A stretch of 64,000 nucleotides of DNA from an uncultured Dehalococcoidia bacterium. GTDB lineage: Bacteria; Chloroflexota; Dehalococcoidia; UBA2247; RBG-13-53-26. Under the pieces are notes generated by a model, which saw only the letters and a list, made by a program, of their open reading frames with translations, ran no database searches and was not told where the DNA came from. Location of the stretch: the NCBI GenBank assembly GCA_964492335.1, contig CAZBJX010000006.1, positions 1,963-65,962 on the forward strand, in the 5' to 3' direction. The translations under genes were made by a program, and so were the position numbers. Below are positions 28,579 through 38,289 of the stretch, piece after piece. The first letter of the stretch is position 1, and each line of letters begins with the position of its first letter.

Positions 28579-30699
28579 CTATATCTTCATGCCGATCCGG
28601 GCGCCGTCCTCGATGGCCCCCAGTATCAGGCGGACATCGGCGCAGTCGCCGGCCTGGTAGAGCTCCGGCAGCTGGCCTTCCAGCGCCTGGTAGAGCCCCG
28701 GGTTGTTCTTGATGCCCTCGGCGATGACCACTGTATCGCACTCGATGGTCCGGGCCTTCTTCTCCTTGTCGGTGAAGACCACGCCCTTCTCGGTGAACTT
28801 CCCGTACACGGCCTTGTTGTGCATGACGACGCCGTGCCGGCGCAGCTGGCCTAGGACCCTCCAGCGTCTGGCGATGGACATCTCCGGCGCCATCGATCTC
28901 TCGGTGGAGACCACGGTCACCTTCCGGCCCCTTTCCACCAGGAACTCGGCCAGCTCCACGGCCACCAAGTCGCCGCCGATGACCACCACGTTCCTGCCCA
29001 CGGGCATCCAGCGGCGGGTGAGCGCGGCTGCCTGCGAGGGTCTCAGGCGCTGCAGCACCGGCTTGGCCAGCGGCAGCCCCAGCTTCATCCACCAGGCCAT
29101 CTTGCCGGAGTGGTCCCGCCCGTTCATCATCTCCCGGAGGTCCTTGCCGGTCATCACATTGCGCCGCTCGTCGCCGGGGATCCGGGGCGCGTCGATGTTG
29201 GGCCCGACGGCCACGATGGTCACGTCGTGCCCGGCCGCCTTGATGGACTCCGGGGTGACCTCCACCCCCATCCTGATGTCGATGGGCAGCTTCTTCATCT
29301 GCGCCACCATCCAGTCCAGCAGGGCCTCGTTGTCCTCGCTGACCACCGAGGCGAAGACCAGCGAGCCGCCCAGACGCTTGTTCTTCTCGTAGAGGGTCAC
29401 CTTGTGACCGCGCAGGGCCGCGATGCGGGCGGCCTCCATCCCGGCCGGGCCGCTGCCGATGACGGCCACGCTGCGGGGCTTCTGGGCCGCCGAGGACCGG
29501 AACTCGGCCTCCCGGCCGCAGGCCACGTTCACGGAGCAGATGGTGGAGCTGTCCTCGACGTGAGCGCTGGCGCACTCGTAGCAGCGGATGCACGGCCGCG
29601 CGTCGTCCCTCCTGCCCGCGGCCAGCTTGTTGGGCAGCTCGGGGTCGGCCAGCAGGGGCCGGCCCATGGCGATGAAGTCGGCCTTGCCCAGGCGCAGCAT
29701 CTCCTCACCCAGCTCCGGGCTGATGCGGCCCACCGCTATCACCGGTATCCTGACGGCCTGCTTGACGTTCCAGGCGTCGGCCACCAGGCGGCCGGGCAGG
29801 TAGGGGATCGGGGCGTCGATGAAGGTGGTGGGGACGGGCCCGTAGCCGCTGACGTGGATGGCGTCGACCCCGGCCTCCTGCAGCATGACGGCCAGCGCCC
29901 GGCTGTCTGCCGGGGCGATGCCCCCCTCGATCTCCCATTCCCGGCCGTCGATGCGGCACCAGACGGGGTAGTCCCGGCCCACCTTCTCCCTGATGGCCTC
30001 TATGATCTCCAGCAGGAAGCGGGCGCGGTTGGCCAGCTCGCCGCCGTACTGGTCGGTCCGCCGGTTGGCGCTGGGGGACAGGAAGGAGTCTATGAGGTAG
30101 CCGTGGGCGGCATGGACCTCCACCCCGTCGAAGCCGCTCGCCCGGGCCCGCTCCGCGGCCCGGGCGAAGAGGGCCACGTAGTGCGGTATCTCCTCGAGGG
30201 CCAGCGCCCTGGTCTTGAAATCCTTGGGCATCTTGCTGAACCGCTGCGCCATCCGCACGATTTCCTCGAGGTTCATGTCCGCGGCCGCATTGGCGTCGGC
30301 GGCCGCCATCTCCGAGGCGGTCACCGGCTGAACGGCCAGGCACACGTCCACCGTGGCTATCTTGCCCGCGTGCTGCAGCTGTGCTGCGATCCTGGCGCCG
30401 TGCCGGTGCACCGCCTCGGTCAACTCCCTGAGGCCCGGAATGTGCCTGTCGTCCGCGATAGACAGCTGCTCCGTCTCGCAGCGGCCCCCGGTGGGATCGA
30501 CCGAGAGCACCCCCGGTATGATGAGGCCGGCCCCACCCCTGGCGCGCTCCTCGTAGTAGTCCTTGAGGCGCTGGGTTACCATGCCTTCGTCGGTGGCATA
30601 GCCGGTCCCCATGGGGGCCATGATGATGCGGTTGCGCAGCTCCATCCGGCCGATGCGGCCGGGCTCCAGAAGCTTGGCATACCCTGGATCAGTAGCCAT
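28579..30699 (-). CDS. Two-domain NADH:flavin oxidoreductase (OYE-like TIM barrel + FAD/NAD(P)-binding domain; 2,4-dienoyl-CoA reductase / enoate reductase / BaiCD-BaiH family), paralog 1
   Basis: Start MATDPGYAKLLEPGRIGRMELRNRIIMAPMG. HAAHGYLIDSFLSP and RCIRCYECA (4Fe-4S Cys cluster). C-terminal GSGPAGMEAA Rossmann motif. Confidence 0.85.
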   Translation of the reverse strand: MATDPGYAKLLEPGRIGRMELRNRIIMAPMGTGYATDEGMVTQRLKDYYEERARGGAGLIIPGVLSVDPTGGRCETEQLSIADDRHIPGLRELTEAVHRHGARIAAQLQHAGKIATVDVCLAVQPVTASEMAAADANAAADMNLEEIVRMAQRFSKMPKDFKTRALALEEIPHYVALFARAAERARASGFDGVEVHAAHGYLIDSFLSPSANRRTDQYGGELANRARFLLEIIEAIREKVGRDYPVWCRIDGREWEIEGGIAPADSRALAVMLQEAGVDAIHVSGYGPVPTTFIDAPIPYLPGRLVADAWNVKQAVRIPVIAVGRISPELGEEMLRLGKADFIAMGRPLLADPELPNKLAAGRRDDARPCIRCYECASAHVEDSSTICSVNVACGREAEFRSSAAQKPRSVAVIGSGPAGMEAARIAALRGHKVTLYEKNKRLGGSLVFASVVSEDNEALLDWMVAQMKKLPIDIRMGVEVTPESIKAAGHDVTIVAVGPNIDAPRIPGDERRNVMTGKDLREMMNGRDHSGKMAWWMKLGLPLAKPVLQRLRPSQAAALTRRWMPVGRNVVVIGGDLVAVELAEFLVERGRKVTVVSTERSMAPEMSIARRWRVLGQLRRHGVVMHNKAVYGKFTEKGVVFTDKEKKARTIECDTVVIAEGIKNNPGLYQALEGQLPELYQAGDCADVRLILGAIEDGARIGMKI

Positions 30700-30802
30700 G
30701 GTCAATCTCCCTTCAGCTTTCTCTGTCGCTTGCCCTTGGTAACCGTCAGCCGCCTTGCGGCGGCGGCCCATCCCGTATCCGGCATCCCCCGTCTCCGCCT
30801 CA

Positions 30803-32824
30803 TCAGATCCTGCATCCCGCGTCGTAGCCGGTGGCGATGGCGGCCATGATGGTCCCCTGCTCCCGATCGTCGACGCCAGCGGCGTCCCCCACTATCCTGA
30901 CCTCTATGTTCTTTGCTTCCGCCACCTCGGCCAGGAAGACGTTGGGCCTCCTCTCGCCGGCCAGCACGATGGTGTCTATCCCGGGCAGCTTCTGCCTTGC
31001 GGCGGCGCCCGCCGGGGGCTGGCCGGCGCCTGCCGGCGTCCGGCCGGAGGCCACCACCCAGACCTCGCCCCCGGGAAGGATCTCCACCTTGGCCACCTTC
31101 TTGTACTGCTTCACGCCTTTGGCCGCCAGCCGCGACATCAGGTAGCGCCGGTCATTGGTGGCCAGCTTCGTGGCGAAATGAGGACCGGCCTCCACCACGT
31201 ACACGGCCTTGCCCTGCTCGGCCAGGTAGTGGGCCGTCTGCATCCCTATCTGGTCGCCGCCCACCACCAGCACCGTGTCTGCGGTGGCCCGGCGGTCCTC
31301 CAGCAGCTCGTCCACGGTCATCAGGTCGATCTGCCCGATGTGTTCCAGGCCTTCCACGAACCCCAGGGAGGCCTCAGGCAGGCTGCCGGTGGCCAGCACC
31401 AGGACATCCGGCCGGAGCCGGTCCAGCAACTCCCCGTCGACCAGCGTGTTCAAGCGGACCTCCACCCCCAGCCGGTGCAGTTGCCGCTCATACCAGGGGA
31501 GGATGTCCGCCATCTCCACCCTTTCGGGTATCATGGCCGCCAGGCGCAGCTGCCCGCCCACGTGTCCCCTGCCTTCGCACAGCGTCACCCGGTGGCCGGC
31601 AAAGGCCGCCCTCCTGGCCGCCTCCAGCCCGGCCACCCCGGCCCCCGCCACCAGCACCCGCCGGGGCGAGCCGCTCTTCTCGCCCGCCACTTCCCGGAGG
31701 GCGTGCTCCCGCCCCACCCGAGGGTTGACGGCGCAGCTGGCCGCGGCGTGGCGGAAGATCCCTTCGATGCAGCCCAGGCACTCGGCCAGGCAGGGCCGGA
31801 TGTCGGCCAGGTTGCCTTTCCTGGCCTTCTCCACCAGCTCCGGGTCGGCCAGCTGGGCCCGGGCCATGCAGACGAAGTCGGCCTGGCCGTCCCTGACGAT
31901 GCGGTCGGCCATGGCGGGGTCCTTGATCCGCCCCACCGTGCCCACGGGGATGGAAACGTGCTTCTTGACCTCCTCGGCGAACCTGATGAAGGCCCCCTGG
32001 GGCTCGTACATGGGGGCAATGTTGACCTGTATGGTGCCGTACGAGAAGCCGCCCTGGGTGATATTGAGGTAGTCTACCCCTTCCTGCTCCAGGATGGGCG
32101 CCAGGCGGCAGAGCTCGGGCAGCTGCCATCCGCCCTCGCCGATGAAGTCGTCGCCACCGAGCCGCACGCCCACCGGGGTCTCCGCCCCCACCCTGCTCCT
32201 CACCTCGCGGACCACCTCCAGCAGGAAGCGGACCCTGTTCTCGAAGGGCCCCCCGTACTCGTCGGTGCGCTGGTTGTAGCGCGGCGTGAGGAACTCGTTG
32301 ATGAGGTAGGCATGCGCGCCGTGGACCTCGATGAAGTCGAAGCCGATGCCGATGCAGCGCTGCGCAGCCAGCCCGAAGGCGTGGACGAACTCCCGGATTT
32401 CCTCGCGGGTGGCGGCCGTGGTGGGGCCTATCTCTGTGCCCGGCGGGCGTTCCGAGGGGACGATCGCCAGGGCGGGGAGGTGCCCCAGGCCGCAATGGGT
32501 AAGCTGCGCGCCGAAGGGGACCTCATGCTGGTGCACCGCCCTGACCAGGCCCTCCAGGCTGGGCAGCATGCTCTCGTCAGAAACCAGCAGCATGTGGACG
32601 GTGGCCGGGTCGGCGATGCCCGTGGGGTGGACGGCCATGGCGGGAGACACGATCATCCCCGGCCGGCTCCGGGCCCTTTCGACCAGAAAGGCGATGAACT
32701 CCTCCGTCACCCGGCCCTCGTCGTCTATGCCGAAGCTGGGGTCCATCCCCGGCACGACGATGCGGTTGGCCAGCTGCATGGAGCCTATCTTCAGCGGCTG
32801 GAAGACGTGCCTCAGTCTCTCCAA
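30803..32824 (-). CDS. Two-domain NADH:flavin oxidoreductase (OYE-like + FAD/NAD-binding), paralog 2; probable TTG start coupled to the upstream FAH stop (TGA-GGAG-caagcc-TTG)
   Basis: LKIGSMQLANRIVVPGM, HGAHAYLINEFLTP, RPCLAECLGCIEG, GAGVAGLEAA. The ATG at 32899 overlaps the FAH gene by 60 nt, so the TTG at 32822-32824 with an adjacent GGAG is preferred. Confidence 0.75.
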   Translation of the reverse strand: MERLRHVFQPLKIGSMQLANRIVVPGMDPSFGIDDEGRVTEEFIAFLVERARSRPGMIVSPAMAVHPTGIADPATVHMLLVSDESMLPSLEGLVRAVHQHEVPFGAQLTHCGLGHLPALAIVPSERPPGTEIGPTTAATREEIREFVHAFGLAAQRCIGIGFDFIEVHGAHAYLINEFLTPRYNQRTDEYGGPFENRVRFLLEVVREVRSRVGAETPVGVRLGGDDFIGEGGWQLPELCRLAPILEQEGVDYLNITQGGFSYGTIQVNIAPMYEPQGAFIRFAEEVKKHVSIPVGTVGRIKDPAMADRIVRDGQADFVCMARAQLADPELVEKARKGNLADIRPCLAECLGCIEGIFRHAAASCAVNPRVGREHALREVAGEKSGSPRRVLVAGAGVAGLEAARRAAFAGHRVTLCEGRGHVGGQLRLAAMIPERVEMADILPWYERQLHRLGVEVRLNTLVDGELLDRLRPDVLVLATGSLPEASLGFVEGLEHIGQIDLMTVDELLEDRRATADTVLVVGGDQIGMQTAHYLAEQGKAVYVVEAGPHFATKLATNDRRYLMSRLAAKGVKQYKKVAKVEILPGGEVWVVASGRTPAGAGQPPAGAAARQKLPGIDTIVLAGERRPNVFLAEVAEAKNIEVRIVGDAAGVDDREQGTIMAAIATGYDAGCRI

Positions 32825-32834
32825 GGCTTGCTCC

Positions 32835-33638
32835 TCAGTCGTGGTCCACCACGTAGTTGCGCAATGTGCCGATCTTCTCGATCTTGATCTCGACGACATC
32901 GCCGGGCCTCATCGGGCCGATGCCGGACGGCGTTCCGGTGGCGATGACGTCCCCCGGCAGCAGGGTCATGATGCAGGATACGAAGCTGACGATCTGGTCC
33001 ACGCCGAAGATGAGGTCGCTGGTGCGCGCCGACTGGCGCAGTTCCCCATTGACGAAGGACTCCACGGCCAGGTCTTCGGGATCGGCCTCGATCTCGATCC
33101 ACGGGCCTATCGGCGCGAAGGTGTCGTGCCCCTTGGCCCTGGTCCACTGCCCATCTGACTTCTGAGAGTACCGCTCCGACACGTCGTTGAAGCAGGTGTA
33201 TCCCAGGACGTATCGCCTGGCCTGTTCCCGCGTGACCCCCCGGGCCTGCCGGCCGATGACCACGGCCAGCTCCGCCTCGTAGTCCACCCGGCGCCGGTCC
33301 TGCCGGGGCAGGACGATCCGGTCCTCCGGCCCGATGACCGCCGTGGGGGGCTTGAGGAAGAGGAGCGGAACAGCAGGAATAGGCAGGCCCGTTTCGATGG
33401 CGTGGCTGCGGTAGTTGACCCCCAGGCAGACGATCTTGGAAGGGGTGCAGGGGGCCAGCAGCTTCACCTCGTCCAGGCGGTGCTCCCGGCCGTCGAGCTG
33501 GTACTGCAACCCGTGCTGGCGGCGGGATGAAAACGGGCTGTTTTGGAAGGCCCAGACATGGTCGCCATCGATCATCCCGTACCGCGGCCGGCCGCCGCTC
33601 CTGAAGCGTACGATGCGCAAGCTCACCTCCCTGGCCAA
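32835..33638 (-). CDS. Fumarylacetoacetate hydrolase (FAH) family protein (2-keto-4-pentenoate hydratase / HpcE-like)
   Basis: CLGVNYRSHAIE, the metal-binding E/D pattern, GDVIATGTPSGIG near the C-terminus. Confidence 0.8.
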   Translation of the reverse strand: MAREVSLRIVRFRSGGRPRYGMIDGDHVWAFQNSPFSSRRQHGLQYQLDGREHRLDEVKLLAPCTPSKIVCLGVNYRSHAIETGLPIPAVPLLFLKPPTAVIGPEDRIVLPRQDRRRVDYEAELAVVIGRQARGVTREQARRYVLGYTCFNDVSERYSQKSDGQWTRAKGHDTFAPIGPWIEIEADPEDLAVESFVNGELRQSARTSDLIFGVDQIVSFVSCIMTLLPGDVIATGTPSGIGPMRPGDVVEIKIEKIGTLRNYVVDHD

Positions 33639-33773
33639 CTAACCGCGACGGCCGTGTCTCCCGGTCCGGCGTGCATGCATGATGTTGACTCGGAAGCAAT
33701 TGTGTGACAGAATACACTTGTCCAGATGTAAAGGATTATAGCATCCAGCGTAGCCAGATGCAAGAGAGCAGGC

Positions 33774-34760
33774 GTGACAAAAGAGCCATCTGTATCCAAG
33801 CGCATTGATCTCAGTGACCTGGACCTGCGGCTCATCAGGCTGCTGGAGTCCGACTCGCGGAGCACCCAGTCGGGGCTGGCGGCCAAGCTGGGCATCAGCC
33901 GCCCCACGGTGGGCGCCGTCATGCAGAAGCTGACGGAGGCCCGGGTGATACGGCCGGTGTGCCTGGCAGACCACGTGGCCCTGGGGTACACGGACAGCGT
34001 GGTCTTCGGCATCAACACCATGCCGGGGAAGATGCTCAAGGTGGCCGGGGCCCTGGCATCCATGGCCCCCGTTCACTGGGTCGCCGTCTGCGCCGGGCCC
34101 TTCGACATCATGGCCTGGGGCCTCTTCAAGGGGAGGGGCGAGGTGCTGGAGTTCCTGACAGGCGAGCTGGGCAGGGTGCGGGGCATGTCGCGGTTCGAGA
34201 CGGTGATGTGCCAGGAGGTCAAGATATCCCCGGCGCTCCTCTCCGCGGACGAGGGCTACCGGCCGGGCGGGAGGCAGGTCCCGCTGGACCGGCTGGACGT
34301 GGCCCTCATCGGCACGCTGCAGCGGGACAGCCAGCAGACCGCCGCCGACCTGGCCCTGAAGCTGCGCACCAGCAAGCCCACCATCCTGCGCCGGATGAAG
34401 CGGCTCCATGACGAGGGCGTCATCAGGCTGGTGACCATGGTCGATCCCCGGGCCCTGGGATACAGCCTGGTGGTCTCCTCGGGCCTCAAGGTGGCCCCCG
34501 ACAGGATCGACGAGGTGGTGGAGGCGGTGGGGAACCACCGCAGCGTGCACAGTGTGGCGCTGTGCACCGGGCGGTACGACGTGCTGGCCTGGATGATCTT
34601 CCGGGACCGGCCGGAGATGATGGACGTGCTGAGCGGCCAGCTGGGCAAGATCCATGGCATCAGGAGCATGGAGACCGTCACCTGTCTGAAGATAGTGAAG
34701 GCTTCGTTCATGTACGTGAACTGGCAAGGGGATCTCTGGGAGAGTCTGAAGGAGGAGTGA
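33774..34760 (+). CDS. Tandem (duplicated) Lrp/AsnC-family transcriptional regulator, paralog 2 (GTG start)
   Basis: Two AsnC-type halves (DLRLIRLLESDSRSTQSGLAAKLGISRPTVGAVMQKL...; DVALIGTLQRDSQQTAADLALKLRTSKPTILRRMKRL...). Confidence 0.8.
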   Translation: MTKEPSVSKRIDLSDLDLRLIRLLESDSRSTQSGLAAKLGISRPTVGAVMQKLTEARVIRPVCLADHVALGYTDSVVFGINTMPGKMLKVAGALASMAPVHWVAVCAGPFDIMAWGLFKGRGEVLEFLTGELGRVRGMSRFETVMCQEVKISPALLSADEGYRPGGRQVPLDRLDVALIGTLQRDSQQTAADLALKLRTSKPTILRRMKRLHDEGVIRLVTMVDPRALGYSLVVSSGLKVAPDRIDEVVEAVGNHRSVHSVALCTGRYDVLAWMIFRDRPEMMDVLSGQLGKIHGIRSMETVTCLKIVKASFMYVNWQGDLWESLKEE

Positions 34761-34768
34761 GCAGGCCA

Positions 34769-36691
34769 ATGAACTATGATCGTCTGTTTGAGCCCGGCAA
34801 GATCGGGAAGATGGACCTGAAGAACCGGATAGTGATGCCCGCCATGGGCGTCTCCCTGTCAGACGCCAGGGGGTCGGCCACTGACAGGGAGATCGCCTAC
34901 TATGCGGCCAGGGCCAGGGGAGGGGCGGCCCTCATCACGCCGCACTACGCCTCGGTCAGCGCCGATTCCTCGCTGCCGTACACCATCGTCATCAGCGACG
35001 ACGGGCAGGTGAAGCACTGGAAGGCCCTGGCCGATGCCGTCCATGCGGCCGGGTCCAAGCTGTCGGTGCAGCTGATGCACATCGGCATGATCTACCTGTA
35101 CTCGGGGTTCGTTCCTGAAGGCATGGCCATCAAGGTGCCCAGCACCACCCTGTGGCTGAAGAGCACCTACAGCTACCACGTGCTCAACGAAAAGGAGATC
35201 GAGGGGTACATCGAGGACTTCGGCCAGGCCGCCCGGCGGGCCAGGGAGGCCGGGGCTGACGCCGTCGAGCTGCATGCCTGCCACGGCTGCCTGGTCAGCA
35301 CCTTCATGTCCCCCCTGACCAACAAGCGGACGGACCAGTGGGGTGGGAGCGTGGAGAACCGGGCCCGGTTCGCCCGCCGGATACTGGAGCGCATGAGGGA
35401 GGTGGTGGGGCCGGAGTTCCCCATCATCGTGCGCATGAATGCCAGTGATGATATCGAAGGCGGCGTCAGCATAGAGGAGGCCATGGAGCAGGCCTCCATC
35501 ATGGAGAAGGCCGGCGCGGATGCCATCAGCGTGTCCTCCGGCATGGAGTTCTGGACGCCCCAGGGGATCCCGGCCTACCCCTTCCCGGAGGGGGCCATGG
35601 TCCCGCTGGCGGAGAAGATCAAGCAGGCGGTCAAGGTCCCGGTCATCGCCGCGGGCAAGATCACCCCCGAGGTGGCCGTCAGGGTCCTGGAGGAAGGCCA
35701 GGCCGATTTCGTAGCCCTGGGGCGGCCCCTGCTGGCGGACTCCGACCTGCCGAACAAGATCCGCGAAGGGCGCCGGGAGGACGTGCGGAACTGTCTCTAC
35801 TGCAACAACTGCCTGCGGATGGAGACGGGCACTCCGTCCTGCACCGTCAACCCCTTCCTCTTCCGGGAGTCCCGGTATCCGCTGAAGCCGGCGGAGAAGG
35901 CGAAGAAGGTCATGGTTGTCGGGGGAGGCCTGGCCGGGATGGAGACGGCCGTGCTCCTGGCCGAGCGGGGCCACAAGGCGACCATCTACGAGATGACCGG
36001 CGAGCTGGGCGGCCAGTGGAACGTGGCCTGCGCCTCGCCGGGGAAGGGCAGCTACCGGCACCTCACCGACTACCTGAACAAGCAGATAGCCCGGCTGAAG
36101 ATACCGGTGGAGCTCCACCAGCAGGTCACCCGCGACACGGTGATCAAGGCGGCGCCGGACACCGTGGTCCTGGCCACCGGCGCGGTGCCCATCGGCCTGA
36201 GAGTGCCGGGGGCTGACAAGAAGCATGTCATCCAGGGGCATGACGTCCTGGCGGGCAAGGTCGGCGTCCAGGGCCGGTCCGTGGTGGTCGGTGGCCGCTT
36301 CATCGGCATGGAGGTGGCCATCAAGCTGGCCGAAGAGGGCCAGCCGGTCTCCATCATCACCCGCGGGGGGCTGGGGGAGAACGGAGTGAAGCTGGAGAAG
36401 TTCACCTTCCAGTCCATCGCCAACAGGCTTATCGAGCTGGGGGTGCCCCTCTATCTGAACGCCACCGTGGTGGAGATCAACGACAAGTCGGTGATCATAA
36501 TGATGAACGGCGAGATATACCCGGTGCCGGCCGACACGGTGATCTTCTCCGTGGGCATGCGGTCGGTGGCCGGCCTGGCCAGGGAGCTGGAGGGGACCGG
36601 CATCGAGTATCACCTGGTGGGGGACTGCGTCAAGCCCAGGGATGCCTGCGAGGTCCACACCCAGGCGGCCAAGATCGCCGCGCTGATCTAG
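34769..36691 (+). CDS. Two-domain NADH:flavin oxidoreductase (OYE-like + FAD/NAD-binding), paralog 3; start ATG 34769 (MNYDRLFEPGKIGKM)
   Basis: HACHGCLVSTFMSP, NCLYCNNCL Cys cluster, VVGGGLAGMETAV Rossmann. GGAGGAG SD is embedded in the last codons of the upstream Lrp gene. The track ORF start at 34562 is an over-extension overlapping the Lrp gene. Confidence 0.85.
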   Translation: MNYDRLFEPGKIGKMDLKNRIVMPAMGVSLSDARGSATDREIAYYAARARGGAALITPHYASVSADSSLPYTIVISDDGQVKHWKALADAVHAAGSKLSVQLMHIGMIYLYSGFVPEGMAIKVPSTTLWLKSTYSYHVLNEKEIEGYIEDFGQAARRAREAGADAVELHACHGCLVSTFMSPLTNKRTDQWGGSVENRARFARRILERMREVVGPEFPIIVRMNASDDIEGGVSIEEAMEQASIMEKAGADAISVSSGMEFWTPQGIPAYPFPEGAMVPLAEKIKQAVKVPVIAAGKITPEVAVRVLEEGQADFVALGRPLLADSDLPNKIREGRREDVRNCLYCNNCLRMETGTPSCTVNPFLFRESRYPLKPAEKAKKVMVVGGGLAGMETAVLLAERGHKATIYEMTGELGGQWNVACASPGKGSYRHLTDYLNKQIARLKIPVELHQQVTRDTVIKAAPDTVVLATGAVPIGLRVPGADKKHVIQGHDVLAGKVGVQGRSVVVGGRFIGMEVAIKLAEEGQPVSIITRGGLGENGVKLEKFTFQSIANRLIELGVPLYLNATVVEINDKSVIIMMNGEIYPVPADTVIFSVGMRSVAGLARELEGTGIEYHLVGDCVKPRDACEVHTQAAKIAALI

Positions 36692-36711
36692 CCAGTACTG
36701 GCGGTAAGCAA

Positions 36712-36737
36712 AGGGGAGGGCCGCGCGGCCCTCCCCT
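36712..36737. terminator. Bidirectional intrinsic terminator between convergent OYE paralog 3 and htrA (12-bp perfect stem aggggagggccg / cggccctcccct)
   Basis: Perfect palindrome 21 nt after the stop at 36691, followed by cttctg on the plus strand. Confidence 0.55.
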
Positions 36738-36788
36738 CTTCTGCGCCCCGGGGTGTTGCGCAGCGAGCGCGTCCGGTGGCCCGCCGCC

Positions 36789-37892
36789 CTAGCCGGCGGG
36801 AGCTTGGCCCAGGGTGACCTCGGCGGTCCTGGTGGTCTGCCCCCGCATGAAGGTGGTCACGACCTTGTCGCCGGGAGAGCGGTCCTGAACAGCCGCCGCC
36901 AAGTCCTGGTTGGTGGCGATGTCCGTGTCGCCCAGCCGGACGATGACATCGAAGCGTATGAGGCCCGCCTCATGCGCCGGGCTGCCCGGGACCACCAGCC
37001 ACACCATCGCCCCCGAGTCCACCGGCAGGCGATACTGGGCTTGAATGGCGGCGGTGACGGTGTAGGTGCTCACCCCCATCCAGGCCGAGGACTCGTGCCC
37101 CCTCGTCACCAGTGAATGGATGGTGTCGATGGCGGTGTTGGTGCTTATGGCGAACCCGATATTCTCGGCGCCCGAGGCGATGGCGGTGTTGATGCCCACC
37201 ACCTGGCCGGCCATGTTCACCAGGGGGCCGCCGCTGTTGCCCGAGTTGATGGCGGCGTCGGTCTGGATGAGGTCGTCAAGCACCGCGCCGTTGGACTGCC
37301 CGATGGAGCGGCCCAGGTAGCTGATCACACCCTCAGTCCACGTGGGGCCGCCGGGCAGGGCCAGGGCATTGCCTACTGCCACCACATTTTCGAGCAGGGT
37401 CAGGTTCCCCAGGGAGTCGCTCAGGAAATGGGCATAGGGCAGGTCGGAGTCAGACCGGATCTGGACCACTGCCAGGTCCGTGGCCTCGTCCCCGGCCCAC
37501 TTGACGGCCTGGAGACTGCGGCCGTCGTTCAAGGTGACGGTGAGGCTGTTGGCATCCGCCACCACGTGGTTGTTGGTGACCACGATGCCCTCAGGATCGA
37601 TGATGATGCCGCTGGCGGCCCCGCTGGATGGGACTGCCCGGTAGAACATGTCGTAGGCCACGCCCTCCGTGGTGATGGAGACCACCGACGGCGCCAGCCG
37701 CGCCACCAGGTCAGTCTTGGAAAGGGCCGTTCCCACCTGGCCATCCACGTAGACGGGGCTCCAGTCGGCATTGATGGGCGTGTTGGCGGCATTGGCCGCG
37801 TTGTCGGGCGAGCCGCCCAGGCCGCAGGCCAGGCCGGCCCCCACCAGGCCCAGCACCAGAAGTGCTATCAGGACGTACTTTGCTCTCCGCAT
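36789..37892 (-). CDS. htrA: HtrA/DegP-family trypsin-like serine protease with PDZ domain (lipoprotein-type signal)
   Basis: Signal + LACGLGG lipobox-like. Catalytic H (VTNNHVV), D, and GNSGGPL Ser motif. C-terminal PDZ. Confidence 0.85.
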   Translation of the reverse strand: MRRAKYVLIALLVLGLVGAGLACGLGGSPDNAANAANTPINADWSPVYVDGQVGTALSKTDLVARLAPSVVSITTEGVAYDMFYRAVPSSGAASGIIIDPEGIVVTNNHVVADANSLTVTLNDGRSLQAVKWAGDEATDLAVVQIRSDSDLPYAHFLSDSLGNLTLLENVVAVGNALALPGGPTWTEGVISYLGRSIGQSNGAVLDDLIQTDAAINSGNSGGPLVNMAGQVVGINTAIASGAENIGFAISTNTAIDTIHSLVTRGHESSAWMGVSTYTVTAAIQAQYRLPVDSGAMVWLVVPGSPAHEAGLIRFDVIVRLGDTDIATNQDLAAAVQDRSPGDKVVTTFMRGQTTRTAEVTLGQAPAG

Positions 37893-38031
37893 GTCTCCTC
37901 CCTCTTCCAGAAAAGGGTCCTATCCAACAGGCTAGGCCAATTCCGCCTCCGTCGCAAGTTGGCCCGGCCGCATTTCTTCACCGCCTGGCGGTGGATCCCG
38001 CATCGCAGCTCATGTCATCGGAGTCGTCTGG

Positions 38032-38289
38032 TCATCGCCGGCGGTCTCGGCCGCTGTCAGGGCGGGGGGCGATGGTCACCTTGCCGTCCTCCATCTCCAG
38101 GACCATGTCCGCCCTGATAGCTATCTCCGGGGCGTGGGTGGCCACGATGACAGTCTTCCCGTCCCTGGTAAGGCTGTACAGGAGGTCCACGATGCGTCGG
38201 CTGGTCTTGGAGTCCAGGTTGCCGGTGGGCTCATCCCCCAGGACAATGGACGGGTCGTTGGCCAGGGCCCGGGCGATGGCCACCCGCTG
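38032..38289 (-). pseudogene. Truncated ABC-transporter ATP-binding protein remnant (MacB/LolD/FtsE type): retains only the end of the signature motif, Walker B and the H-loop; Walker A and Q-loop are missing
   Basis: Immediately after the permease TAG stop, the same frame continues [26 protein letters not shown]...IVATHAPE, i.e. the distal part of [14 protein letters not shown], Walker B and H-loop. No upstream N-terminal portion exists in any frame. Confidence 0.6.

Noticed and set aside
27980-29593. 537-aa minus-strand ORF
   Set aside because: Only the C-terminal 173 aa (YkgJ-like) are plausible. The remainder is antisense to the OYE reductase gene with RG-rich composition.
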